Source: Candidatus Eiseniibacteriota bacterium
GTDB taxonomy: Bacteria > Orphanbacterota > Orphanbacteria > Orphanbacterales > Orphanbacteraceae
DNA length: 64,000 bases
Reading direction: 5' to 3'
NCBI GenBank assembly: GCA_043809585.1
Contig: JBDROZ010000111.1
Span: forward strand, 50,320-114,319
Shown here piece after piece: positions 63,580-64,000 of this stretch. Each line of letters begins with the position of its first letter. Within the stretch, counting starts at the first letter, position 1. Below the pieces are notes generated by a model. The model had not been told where the DNA came from. It saw only the letters and a list, made by a program, of their open reading frames with translations, and searched no databases. The position numbers and the translations under genes are program-made.

Positions 63580-64000
63580 CTAGAAGAAGTGCGCCCGAAG
63601 CCCGAGGCGGAAGTTGAACCCGCTAAGGTCGATTTCAATCGGCCTGTCGGGATCTGCGACCCAAGATCCGAGCATCTCTCCTGGTGGGGTCCAATCATCC
63701 CACACGGTAGCAACGCCCCCCGTCTCGTCCCAACCGCTGATGGGCGCCCCACCGCTTTCTTCCTTGGCGGCGAAGGCGGCAAGGCTCGCGTCGGTCCACT
63801 TCAGGTTGTCGAATACGAGGGTCGACCACCCGATTTCCCAAGAGAGGGAGATCCACTGCGAAAAGAACTCCTCTCCCCCTATGGCGGCGTGGAAGCTCCG
63901 AGTCCACTGGTCTGCTTCGACGACCAGCAATTCGCCTACCCCTTGAAAGTCGAAGGGGGGATGGAAGATCTCAATCCCGTGCCTCCCCCTCGCCATGCCT
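63580..64000 (-). CDS. C-terminal part of an outer-membrane beta-barrel-like protein (gene start beyond the window end)
   Basis: Minus-strand ORF open to the window edge. It ends ...GFNFRLGLRAHFF with a terminal Phe, typical of OMP C-terminal strands. Trp/Gly-rich strands. Confidence 0.4.
   Translation of the reverse strand, partial: GMARGRHGIEIFHPPFDFQGVGELLVVEADQWTRSFHAAIGGEEFFSQWISLSWEIGWSTLVFDNLKWTDASLAAFAAKEESGGAPISGWDETGGVATVWDDWTPPGEMLGSWVADPDRPIEIDLSGFNFRLGLRAHFF

Overview
This is a high-GC (roughly 68%) bacterial chromosomal segment. Four proteins carry type IX secretion (T9SS) C-terminal sorting domains, so the source is probably an FCB-superphylum-like lineage (Gemmatimonadota-like is my guess, by inference only).

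Layout:
- 1-17568: a densely packed exopolysaccharide (EPS) biosynthesis locus. It contains a BY-kinase tail, five GT2/GT4 glycosyltransferases on the + strand, a FemAB-like acyltransferase, a Wzy-like polymerase, a DegT-like aminotransferase, a CE4 deacetylase, an ATP-grasp enzyme, an AsnB-type amidotransferase, WecB, and two convergent GT4 genes. Nearly every gene junction is a 4-nt ATGA/GTGA overlap.
- 17752-25192: a TMTC-like GT-C membrane protein with TPR repeats, followed by a 1744-aa protein of about 14 tandem FN3-like modules ending in a T9SS sorting domain.
- 25368-28492: tRNA-Lys(UUU), purA, a class V aminotransferase and engB.
- 28493-42350: dispersed structured repeats, two tandem T9SS M28 peptidases, a tricorn-like S41 protease and ispH.
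- 43207-49255: a minus-strand envelope cluster (metallophosphoesterase, polytopic membrane protein, sulfatase-like enzyme, GT-C-like protein).
- 49417-60980: housekeeping genes (M29 aminopeptidase, NrnA-like DHH, Maf), an OmpA-like barrel, GH92 mannosidase, and a sodium:solute symporter followed by small membrane ORFs.
- 61328-64000: a T9SS lipase-like hydrolase and the 3' end of an outer-membrane protein.

Notable signals:
- Two apparent frameshifts (in the Wzy-like polymerase and in an LtaS-like sulfatase).
- Several families of structured interspersed repeats at seven loci, plus a short palindromic motif array.
- A candidate TMTC-like glycosyltransferase plus beta-sandwich-repeat substrate pair.

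No CRISPR array, phage module or toxin-antitoxin pair was recognised.

Caveat: exact base positions may be off by 1-2 nt and homopolymer lengths are unreliable, because my base-level reading conflicted with the ORF track in at least one place. Coordinates derived arithmetically from the ORF track are more reliable.
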